From Ruditapes philippinarum (Eukaryota), in contig NW_026857303.1 in NCBI RefSeq assembly GCF_026571515.1, forward strand, positions 124,001 through 188,000: a DNA stretch of 64,000 nt, read 5' to 3'. Below are positions 1 to 12,000 of the stretch, piece by piece (position 1 is the stretch's first letter; every line of letters starts with the position of its first letter). The translations under genes were made by a program, and so were the position numbers. Below the pieces are notes generated by a model. It was not told where the DNA came from, did no database searches, and saw nothing but the letters and a program-made list of their open reading frames with translations.

Positions 1-2625
1 AAAGCTGAGTTTAAATGAATGACGTCTTGATTTTAGTCTTTATATTAAGAGATGTGTTTATTTAAAACCAGGGGACAGAGAAAAACATAATGTTAGTATG
101 GTCTAAACGATTGCAACCAGACCGTTCTGCTACGTCATCTTGTCTAACGTTACACGTCAGAAAATTGTAACTTACTTGGTCTATTAGCCAGTTTAATTCA
201 TTTCTACGTATAACCTATCAATAGACAAAGCTTATGTTGGGGAAACAGTTTAGAATGAATCTATGAATCCGTGAAAAGTTAGAGACACCCATGTTAATTG
301 CCCTAAATTAGTCACATGATACAGCATCTAGTTCAAATATTACCCTGTATATCAAAGGCGCCTGTTCTTCATTTTTTATTCACAAAACAAACGCAACAAT
401 CCAATTAAAGTATTATTTTGTCATTTTGTAATGGTTTTCTTACGTTTATGCAACCTCTTCTGCAGACGGTAAAATATAATAGCGTGTGATATTTAAAGTT
501 AATCATGTTTCTCCTTGTAAATAACACTAAAATTGCATTTGGACGTTTGCCCTGAAAAATCTTATATACATTTGTATTTTCCAAAAGTTATATCTAATAA
601 ACCCGTCTTAATTATTTATTTGAAAAAAAATTAAACTAATTTGCCATTTTGTGTTGCCTAAATTTGGAACCAGTGTATAAGTTATTTTTAATTGTATATG
701 AACTTTAAAGAAAATTGGCCCATCACATATTTCCATGTTCTTCATTGAAAATACATTACTCAACATTGTACTGTACTATACGGGAATATATCCACCCCAT
801 GAGAAGAGTCGCCAGGCGAGCGTAACGTGACTTCCAAGCTGTGTACAAGTCCAAACATGAACAGAATAGTGTTAAAAAACAAATTAATTGCATATCCAAA
901 TTACAGTATGCCGTAGTTTGCAATACTACTACAAAAATAAATAATATTAATGCAAAAGTTTTTATCAGATCAGAATAAAATCAATAAACTTGTTTGGTAA
1001 CACTACTTGCCAATAAAAATAAAAGCGTAGAAAGAATGAACAACTAATGCTCACACAATTCGACCTTTTCGATATTCTATATTAGTATACAGTTTTACAC
1101 TTTAACAGTGATATTAATGTCATGTTCCAATTTGGCGCCAAAAAGTCATAAAATGTTATAACTGTAAGAGCTTACAAAGTAGAACATATGTATGGTTTCA
1201 AGTCTCGAATAATCTCATTAATACGTGAAGTTGAAGGTTTAATTGTAACAATAACTTCTTAATTATAAAATCATCATTTTATTGCATATATTCAGATAAA
1301 TAAGTCCCACTTTTATGTTCGGGCCTTTTGATATTGTAAACATTTGTAACATATATATTTCTTACGGGAATTATCAATTATCGGAGGAGAGAAAATATAG
1401 AGAAGGTGAAAGGAATATAAAGTGATTTGCGAAAACGACCAAATTGTGAAAAGATGTTTAGGGTATAAACATAATAGAAGATAATGCAGCTGTTTGAAAT
1501 GTGTTTTAACTTACAAAAAAATTATGTCTTGGCTTATATTTTTTAACAGATTTACATTTTCAGCATTCAAAATATAATTGATAATTTGTTCAAATTAAAT
1601 GTCACTAGTTAAGGCAGACGGTTTCTTCCCGTAGAGAAAATATATCTAAGTGGCTTGAAATGCATCATTGTTTTTCAAGAACCTTCTGTTGAAAAACATG
1701 AAATTTAAATCTTTTAACCTTTGCCACCCAATCAACGTTTAGTTTATTCTGTCTATTTTCTCCTAGCCACCACTCCATCCTCACATTATTTCTATTCTCG
1801 CGTGATATTACGTGATAATGCGATAATCGAATCTTCAGGTGTGGAGTTATATTTTTTATACACAAGTTTTATTTGTTTCCGGTTTGGGTGGTCCGAAAAT
1901 TGTTTAGCATGTCATAGCAACATTATTCTCTGCTGACAAGAGGGTTCTAGATGTTTGTTTCTAGCATGGCAGATTGGAGTTTCGTGTATATTCTGTTTTG
2001 ACTGTTGATACAATATCCAGACACGTTTTCTAATTCACTGTTTGGCAGTTACTTAAACACTCTAGTTCATAACTTAAGCAGGCTGGATGTAACTTGCACT
2101 GAACTGGTTCTTAAGTAAACTTCAAATAAATCAGGGCCCATAATGTCTTTACACATGATGAAGAAGTGCATGAATTGCATGCTCTTATAAAATGTATGCT
2201 AACAAAATGTTAAGAAAGATATTTAAATAGAAACTTTTGTTAAATTCGACAACAATGGTGACCAAGGAAAGCAATTCGATGTTTTTGCCATTCTGTCAAG
2301 CCAGTGAAAGAGAAGCCGATAAAGTTGAAGCACACGAATGCCGAGAGATGACTGCAAAAAAATGTAAAACATTAATTCCTAAAGAAATTATATGACTATA
2401 TCTGAAGAATATTTCTTTAAAAAAACCTTTTGATGGTGAATTATAAATGTTTTAAAGTGTGTCTATTCAGGCTCTTATTGAATACAATGACAATATTGTT
2501 GTTTTTTTTATATTTTTGTCATATCTGTATCAATGATCCGTGAAAGAGACCAAAATATAAAATGTCAGCGAGCAACACAATCTAAAGACTTAAAAGAACG
2601 ACACATTAAACAAGGTCATATATCT

Positions 2626-2660
2626 AACAACAACAACAACAACAATACAACAATAACAGA
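2626..2660. repeat. (CAA)n microsatellite, degenerate at its 3' end
   Basis: aacaacaacaacaacaacaatacaacaataac. Confidence 0.8.
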
Positions 2661-3677
2661 AACAACATAAATGTATGATATACATGTTAAAAAGAACAAA
2701 GATAAATTGTCAAAAGTTGCCTCTTGAATATATTACCCAAATCTTAGATTTTTATTGTTAGCACATTAAAACACAACATGGCTTGATAAAAAGTTGTTTG
2801 TCCTCCTTTTATTTTATTTTTGTAAATTAAGTTATTTAGTAAATTGGCTTATTTTTTGTGTTTACGGTTTTATTGATAGTTAAATATATTGACCTACTGT
2901 TAGCTATAATTTCCACACACGAATGATGTGCAGACATTGTAGACTGTAAACTGTAAATTTATTATAACTTGCACAGAAACGCAGAAACACATATATGTTT
3001 CTTTATGGCCTAGCCAGTGTATATATATTTATGCACGCACATTTTTGTTGATGTATCCATAAATAAACCAAAATGTATTTAGACAGGCCGTTGACTGTTG
3101 CTGAGAACCATGTATCCAACTATAAGTAGATGATTGTATATTTCCTGCAGACATATGCGATGATAGATTTTCTTCATGAAATGCTTCCAGGCATCTTTAG
3201 ATTTTTGAACCAGTCTTGTATTAAGGCTTTTGATTGGTTGTAAGAGACTTTTAATTTTATAATTAACCAATGGCTGAGTTTTAATGCAGGATTTGTCTTC
3301 GTGCGCCGCTTTTCATGGAATGACATGAATGTGTCACAAAATCACCACTGTATGAGCGCATCTACTTATGTTTCTTAATTCGAAATTTAACCATGTTCAT
3401 GTTTGAATGTTAAATACTGCTCAAGCCGGTGCTAGGGTGCCTTCAACTTTGTCGTTTTGGGTGTTCTATAAGATAACCATTTTTCTTATTTCAGTTCTTG
3501 TTTTGTTTTACGACCACCGATTGATACAAGTATTTGCATGTGGTTGATGAAATTATGAAACTAATTTTCATTAATTTGATATGTCATTTTTTTCAAATTG
3601 AATATCTGAATGTCATAGTCATGTAGAGGCATGCCAGCAATAAATGCTATATATATGTTTAGTCTTGTAAGTGTTTT

Positions 3678-4024
3678 TTAAAAGTAGCATGCCTCCAGAT
3701 TCATGATAATTTTCATGAAAATTTCGAAAGTGTATTTAAGTATTTTATGGAGTGAACAAAGAAAGTAATTAATACATTGCAAACGGTACTTACAATTCAC
3801 GTCAATAACCAGAAAGAGGTCAAAATTTGCAAAAATATCCATTACTGCGTAGTCACGCAGTCGAAATGAGGGGATAATTCTGCAAAGTCAGTCATTTATC
3901 AACAAAACATGTAAAATATTACTTAAATCATGAATCAATTTTCTTTTCTTAAAGTCTTAGTTAATTGTTCTCGAGTTTGATTTTCTTGAAATATTTTGTC
4001 TCATCTGAAGTCGTGCAGCTTTAA
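3678..4024. mobile_element. TTAA-flanked MITE (Kolobok-like), copy 1
   Basis: Termini ttaaaagtagcatgcctccaga ... tctgaagtcgtgcagctttaa; colinear homology to 33113-33439 (shared gtgaacaaagaaa, acattgcaaacg, agtcacgcagt, ttgattttcttgaaa). Confidence 0.7.
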
Positions 4025-4686
4025 CTCTAAAATCATGAGTTATATGAAATATAACTAGTCTACTAGAATGGTTTATATTCAATGGTATTTTATAAGAAAT
4101 TTCACTGTATTCTCAAATAATTGTTTTCTCGAATAAAGACTATTCAGTTTCAAGGTTTTGCACTTTTGAACTATTTTACGCCCAGTAATTTAATGAAAAT
4201 GAATACTTATCCACAACTTTAAGAACAGGTTAAACTTCATTTGCGGTTTGGACCATTTGTTGATTACGACACGTAAAGAGATTCTTTGATTTCTAAACAA
4301 ATGTTTAACTGATATTAAATCAACATTTTAATCAGCAAAAAGGTGCGTTTTAACAAATCAATGAGCTGCGGTCGTACATGTTTTTGGTTTGGCTTCCAGC
4401 ATGACTAATATAAAAATAGATGTATTATCATTTTATGTTTGCGCGGTAAAAATATCAAAATGATTCCGTAGGCAACGCTAAGGTTGCAATTCATAATTGC
4501 TCTTGTGTGTATTCTTTTATTTGCTAATCTAAAAGTAATATTGTAATACAACATGTCAATAACATGATTTTCACATTATCTTATATGCCAACAGCTGGAC
4601 AGAAAACAAAATTATCAGAAAACATCAAAAACAGCAAAATATCATATGCGTGTTATCCCCCTGTTTCAATGCAGTAGGCACATTTC

Positions 4687-4760
4687 CAAGGGGCAGGACA
4701 TGAAGTGGTTGCACACTTGATTCAAGCGAGAAATTTGGTTGCAAACTTGACAAAATTACT
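4687..4760 (+). mobile_element. Solo terminal fragment related to the TIR element at 49059-51181
   Basis: caaggggcaggacatgaagtggttgcacacttgattcaagcgag...ttggttgcaaacttgacaaaat matches the first ~70 bp of the 49059 TIR, then diverges. Confidence 0.8.
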
Positions 4761-4859
4761 ACCGAGTCATGAATATTTACAACACTCGCATATATTTTCT
4801 TGTATTTCGGTACCTTCATCTTTCAAACTAAGATAACATTATTGGAGGTCCAAAACTTG

Positions 4860-5240
4860 TTTTACTGACTATGTTGAAGACGGTTTGGCGTGATAGGTGT
4901 AGCATCTTTCATGGTCTCACATGAACACACCCAATCAAACTGGATCTATAATTCTATAATGTCTATCTTTGTTTGTAACTGTTTTCAGAGCTCTCAGACG
5001 TCACCATCTAGTCCGCATTTTTGTAAAGCTGTAATATTTATAAGCAAGAAAAGCATCATATATTTCGGCACGTGTTTGCTTATCGTTAACTTGGCCAATC
5101 TTTACAAAAATCGTGTGTCTATAATTTTAATTTTGGACAAAGGCGAATGTATACTCAATGTTCCGCAAACTTTGTTGGTTCACAGATTTTTGTACATGAT
5201 TCATTTGCGACATCAACATTTGAAAAATTAGTCGTCTTTA
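4860..5240 (-). mobile_element. Possible highly degraded BEL/Pao LTR-retrotransposon coding remnant
   Basis: Minus-strand frames give fragments CTKIC..., ...AEIYDAF..., SSLIGC, PITP, with stops and frameshifts; resembles the BEL/Pao protease region from memory only. Confidence 0.25.
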
Positions 5241-6339
5241 ATGATGACAATTATCCTATATATTTCCGTGACACCCTCTTATGTATTCTTATGTACTCCT
5301 TGTCAAATATTTTAATGGTTTTAATATCTCAAAATGTTTGGAAAATTGTAATTATATTTAATTTGTCATGCACGTAATTTCTCTATTAATATTAGCTGTT
5401 ATTAAACAAAATAAAATAGTTTCTAAAACGCAATAATTTTATGCGATTAATATTTATTTGCAGACAATCGTTTAAGCATTGGCAATAATTAAGTTTGAAT
5501 TTTCATATTTCCAATAAAAGGAAACTTCTGATATCAATAAAAAACTTTGAAAACAGAACATTTATTCTCGTAAGCTGTGTAATTGAAAATGATAATCACA
5601 TATGGTTATTTCCTTCAAGTTTCAGAAAAGTTATCTTTATGATAAAATAAAGTCACCAGAGTTGTTAAGTTTTTAATTGCTAAGTGGACAAGATGAACAT
5701 TCCCATTTGAGAGATGTTGTAAAGATCTTTGTTCGGAGATGGACAAAATAACCATTTCATTTGAGAATTTTTAATGGCACATTGTGCTTCAGAAATAGAT
5801 TTTTTTTGTTCTTAAGAAGAAGCAAGCATGTGTTTAATAAAGTTCAAAGCACGTCGAATGCCTATCATTGGTTAAAGTAGCCCTGAATGTGAAATAATAT
5901 GAGGGCTGTCCCAGATTTTTACGTTACTGACACGGTTTTTAAGGTATTGTGTTAGTTAAATGTATATGCACTTTCTTGAAATAATGTTGTTTTTATTTCA
6001 CTTTAAAGTGATGGATACACTAGCGCAAAATTTATTTCAGGCTTGTACGTTATATTTTTGTTTTACAGTCATTGTCCACGGTTTTGTTGGACATCCCTCG
6101 TATGAAATTAAGGTAGCAAAATGCTTACAAAGTGGTATTTTGATTTCCATATAGATAACCCATTCTCTATATGAAGTATACTGTTTGAAAGAAGAAGCAA
6201 TAGATGATTCAGCTTTATGGTCTATGATTTTTTTTTTGGATTTTTTGGAAACCGGAACAGGACACACAAAAAAGCTTTTAAAGCTAAAAATAATAGCAAT
6301 GTTGAGGCCTAATCGTTCTTTAAATTTCATGCATTCTTT

Positions 6340-6520
6340 TTGATATAACATTTGACAAGAAGTGTGTTGATTGAAGTTTTGAGTATCGCTCAAGCCGGTG
6401 CTAGGGGGCGTGAGGGATGTTTCACCTTTTCATTATCCCTAATGCACAGACTCGATCAAACCGAGTCTGCAATTTTCATGTAATTTTTCTGTTTTTAATG
6501 CTTCCATGGGATCACTTTTT
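6340..6520 (+). repeat. Interspersed repeat with core GCTCAAGCCGGTGCTAGG
   Basis: ~170 bp homologous to the reverse complement of 21565-21750; the core motif also occurs alone at ~3419-3437. Confidence 0.75.
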
Positions 6521-9012
6521 AAAATATTTAGTTCTCTTACTTAATTATATTGAATTTTCAAGGTTCAAGTTAAAAGATATAATAATTACACTAAATATGT
6601 TTATTTCCCATTTAACATATATAATTATCTAGTTTGTTTAGTTTATCTTATTTACGAATCATTCAGATTATCTTATATAACACACAAACAATAAAAGTAA
6701 ATTAAAACTGAAGAAAAAACGTAGATACATTTTTGGTTGCAGTTCATATTCTGCATTTTTTTTCAAGAAATGGAGATTTATTTTATATACTAGTTTAAAA
6801 ATCATAGCTCCAGGTTTGTTTGGTTTCTCTTCGGTTTCATTATCAGTCTACACTTTCCTTGTTATCAGCACCAATCGACCTCCATAAAATTGATGGCGTC
6901 CAGTGGGATGTTAAAGTCAAATAGCTGGAAACAGTTTTTAAGTGACCGAGACAAAATTTGATAGATACGTTATAAATCATGTAAAGAAGAAATTATTTTC
7001 ACATCAAAACTAAACGCAGGTGCTACAAAAAACACGATGTAAGAGGAATGTTTCAAATTAAAAAAGCGTCTCTAGTATATGTTTTACTTGTACAGTGCCA
7101 AGTTTGTTTGAGCTATGAAAACTTGCTAAGAAATTATCATATAAAATCGTGTTTTCATTGTGCGTTTGTGCAGATACTAGTAATTTTACAATCAAACGAT
7201 ATAAACTTGTACTTGATCCTTGATTTATAAACTATTTTAGATGCAATAGTATTCTTAAACGTTTCGAATATTTCTTTATCAATACTTTTATTAATGAATG
7301 AGTCTAAATAGGTTCTTGTGTATACTTGGCCGTTGAAGAAACAAAAACCACTAGTTTAACATGAAATAAACGTGTAATAGGAACATTATGATACTTAATA
7401 AAAGAACACTTCTATAACATGTGCCTTAACCCTTAACCTACTGAGTGAAACTGACCAGGCCAATGCGACCAGTACAGACCAGCTGGCACAAGCATGCCGA
7501 CTGAACATGGTCTGCACTGTTAGCTATTTAGTCAGTGCGTGCTTATTTTGAAATTTTCCCTTAAAACGACGATAGTTTTTGTGTAGATTAAGAGTTAAAA
7601 TATTTAGCGTGGTAAATACAACGTATACATGTATATGTATATCCTAATTACCTGGCATAAACTATGAAAAAAGGGAGATAACTACCCGGACGCTTTCAAG
7701 TACTAATCAATGTTATATTCCTTAGGTAATAATTATAAAAAATATCATTTTGTTGTTGTGTGACATATTTGTCAATTGGATGTGTTTAAAATGCTCATTT
7801 AAGGAGAAACTTGTGTTCATTATCGAAAAATTGTGACACTGGAGTTAAAACTATAATACTATTACTGTTCTAATTTCCTTACAACTTACGGTTGCTTAAT
7901 TACCAATCAAAATGATAGATGACAAGTAAAATAGAAAAACAAATGTAAGATATTGGTCTTATCAAGATTTCTTTCAAATATGACTGTGATAATTAAAGTA
8001 CATCGACCAGCGTATTTATATAAAAATATATATTTCACTCTCTGATACACAGCGTTTCCATGAAAGAACTGCGCATTTTTACGGACATGGTAACTAGGCA
8101 CAAGTGATAAAGCTAAATAACGAAACTATTTTCGTTTAGAGCAGTTGAAATAACAAGACTTTCTGTAAAATGACATAAGAACAGTTTGACTTTTATATAT
8201 CATTTATTCTATCCATGTTTCTAAATAGCTAAACATGACATAAATTAACAAAATATATGTTATAAGCACCATCGTGAACATTTGAAAAAAAATGTTTACA
8301 TGTCAAATATACAAGTTTTTAAATAAAAATAGCAGATAAGAAATTTGAACCTCAACAGACGGCATGTACTTTCATCACAAATGTCAGAATATCAGAGGGA
8401 AGAAAAATAAACGTTTAGTTCTTGTTAGCAACTCATCTATAAGTAAGTAGGTATGTTTCTTTAATTTAACATAGATAAAAGAAAATGGTTTTTCGTATTC
8501 CATTTATTATTTAACAACATGTTAAAGAATCTAATTTTAAAGTTTAAACCATTCCTTATTTCTTGTTTGGCATCTTGAGATCTTTTTTTGCAAAAATGTA
8601 TTTTTATTATAAAATAAAAAGTGTGAGAGTCAGACGAAAGTTATTTATTACATTTTTGACATGTTCTATGTAGCCACCTTTTTATTGAACACAATACACT
8701 AATAAAGAAATGACTTACAAATACATTTCACTATATAATTTATACTATATCAGTCCTGCTGTTTATATTGAAATTTACATTGATTTATTAAAAAAAACAC
8801 ATTCATTTTAAACATATAAAATTAAATTTTTATTGCAAATCAATACTTGCTTGATATCAAAATATCAGCAATTTAAGCGTTGATCTTGATCTTTCAGAGA
8901 ATAAAAACACCTAACCAACAGCTATCTACGCCTATAAATTCTATCGCAAAAGAAGTTCTAAATAAGTTATTTGCAACAATATATTTTCATGAAAACAATG
9001 AGTGTTTATTAT

Positions 9013-12000
9013 CTACGACTGGTCTCGAATTTTTTCTGCTGAATTTGGTAAATATGGATGATATCTGAGGGTCGGTTTATGATGAAGACCATGAGATCCG
9101 AGTGCTCCTTTTAGTAATTGACTACGTAACAAAAGTTCATGGTTGTACAATGACTGAGACGCAAGCATTTGACCGTACATTGATGAAAACATTGAGACAT
9201 CCGCCGGAAGTGACGTTGGGATTGACGTTGGGAATGATGGATAATTTGCTGACGATACAGCAACCGGAAGCGTTGTTGGAAGTGTTCTCCACGCAGAAGC
9301 GAAACCCTCTGCCAAAACTGAAAGATTAAAATGAGAAAAATGTAACAATGTGTTTTGCAGTGATAAACAGGCTGATAAAATAACTGATACAGTAATCTTA
9401 CAGATTCGCTTTCATCATGTAAGATTAATCGAATAGCACTTTGTGCTCCATATTGTAGCGTTTACTCTGAGATATTCGACACCAGGTACCCGCCGGTTGT
9501 AGGAAAGATGTTTTCATTTATCATTATTGTTGGCCTCCTTAACGCAAGTGTTGACTACACGCTACTATTGTACCCGTCGCTAAATTGTAAGATCTTATTT
9601 CATATATTAACCGCCTCTTTGACAAGATAATGTCTGCTCATGACTATTGGTGTAATTTTAAACCGATAGAGGGCGCTTAATGACCTAAATGACCTTTAAA
9701 ATGCCTTTGGAAAAGATGGCAGCCGAAGGAATTTTCAAGCTCCTTGTCACTTTAAAGACATTATCCAGAAATAAATATATCAACAATAGGTATAAATTAG
9801 AAATAACAAACAGTAATAGTAGCTCTCAAAGAGTTTTTATGTGATTTAATTCATAAGGGTTTGTGAAAGCAGAATAATGTTTCAAGAAAACAACATTAAG
9901 ATTTGATGTTAACATTAAGTCATAAAATAATAATTGATTATGAGCAAACATAACATTGGTGCGATGAATGTCTGTCCGAAAATGAGTTTTATGAATATTT
10001 ACCTTTTTGTCTTTCTTGGGGTGAAAGTCGGAGTGGATCTGCCATTTCGGGGTCACCGTATGACCTTAAAGGAGTTCTTGGGTACCCGTGAGATTGCAAC
10101 ATTCCCTCTATACCAGTACTGTAATGATATAAAAAAAATATACATGACAATATTGAAATATATACATAAACTACAAATTATATAGCTAAATTGTTATGTA
10201 TTAACTTTCATTTTAATAATCTGAGTGAAAAAAATTAAATGTGTTCATTACTTCTTGACAGGTACGCTTAAATGCCATCTCGGCTTATTTAACATATAAA
10301 AATTGTGACAAAATATAGTATTTCCGAATGTAATTGGTCAATCTGTATATAACAAAACGTGTTAAATTGTCTAGTATTATGGCATTTCGTGTGGCATGCA
10401 TTATTCAATACACCTTGTCTTAAGATTGATAACACATGCGGCGATTACTTAGCGTGATTTAAGGTATTTTGTAAATATTGTGTTTCAATCGAAGTCGCCA
10501 TTGCCTTAAGTCGATGTCAAGTAGTTATGTATCGCGGAGGGAGAATATCTTTATATTAATGATATGTCAAGTGAGTAATACTGTATGATAAATGTACAAA
10601 AAACCTTGAAATGTAAATAAAATGGATAGGTGTCTTGTTGAATATGGAGTTATTTACTGACATGGTGGTGTGGAAATTGTACACCAGGCCTGGGCAAACA
10701 ATCGCCTCGCGTCTATAATAGCAGCCTGACACTCTCCGAAGGTGACTCTTTCGACCGCCCAGTGAAATTTATCCGTACATGGATGGATGGGTTATAGCTT
10801 GGCATTTGCGATTGTCACGGTATTATATGTAACATAGACACCGTTAAGAAGAGCTGACACCTGCTATTTTTGCCGATGTGTAATTTGTACTTACTTTTCA
10901 AACTCAGAAAGCCGTGTTGAGTCTCTAAAGCCTTTTGCGAATGGATTGCTGTCAATTTTCAACTTCGTGATCTGCAAAGGTAAAATAATATCTCGATAAT
11001 GTACTTATTGCATGACGAGCCTCGCTTTCGAATCATGGAAGACTAGGTGAGAAATTGTATACAGATTACAGCATAAGACCACACAAGAGATGTATCAAAA
11101 ATAATACAGAAGCCAAGAAACTGTTTATGTAGACAGATAGGCGGGGGTAGCCAGATGACCCCGGACCAGGGTTAATATGACTTGATTCTGCTGGATTCGA
11201 AGCCGACTAGGCATGAAAAGTCTTATCAAAATTATATTCGGAATGCTTCACATAACATCGATTGTAAGTCGTTAATGTGATGTCTGTTTCATTAGCGGGG
11301 GAAAAGGTTAGTTTCGCGAGTTAAAATCAGAAGTAGATTCAGTGTCTGGTGTTGGTGCCAGATTTATGTCAACTGTTGATTTACGCCTAAGGTTCAAGTG
11401 TATGTAACATTTAATGTTTTAAAAAGTGTTGCATCTCTCACAATCTGTTCAGATAAACCGTCTCTAGTCAATTTATATTGTAAATAATCTAGATTTGATA
11501 CCAAGAAAACGAATGATTTCGTCTTTGTATTGTCAGGAAATGCTTTTGCGTATCCAGTTAATTTAAGCAACTTGAATTTTCTAAAGAATGTTTGTGAAAT
11601 CTTAACGAAAAAATTTTGGTAACAATATTACAGAAACAAATTTTGGTATCAAAGTAAAATTTTAAAAATACTATTTTTCAATGTTAGCAGACGTTGTTTT
11701 TAAACAAGAAAATAATTAACTATATATTTACCAGTTGATTTTGGTATGCTGTCACAGCAATGAAAATAGTCTCTGTAAACACGAATGTTTTGTGTTCTTC
11801 CTCATCTAATGAAGGGGGTGGGACTTTCGTTCCTTCTGACAACTTCACTATGTGGATTCTAGGTTGGTATTTATGCATTGAATTCAAAACGATCTGTAAA
11901 ACAAAGTGAAAAAATATTAAGATAGAAAATATTTTAAGCATTTTGGATTGGAAATAATAACGTAAATAACATCTACAAAATTTACTCTAAAAGATATAAT

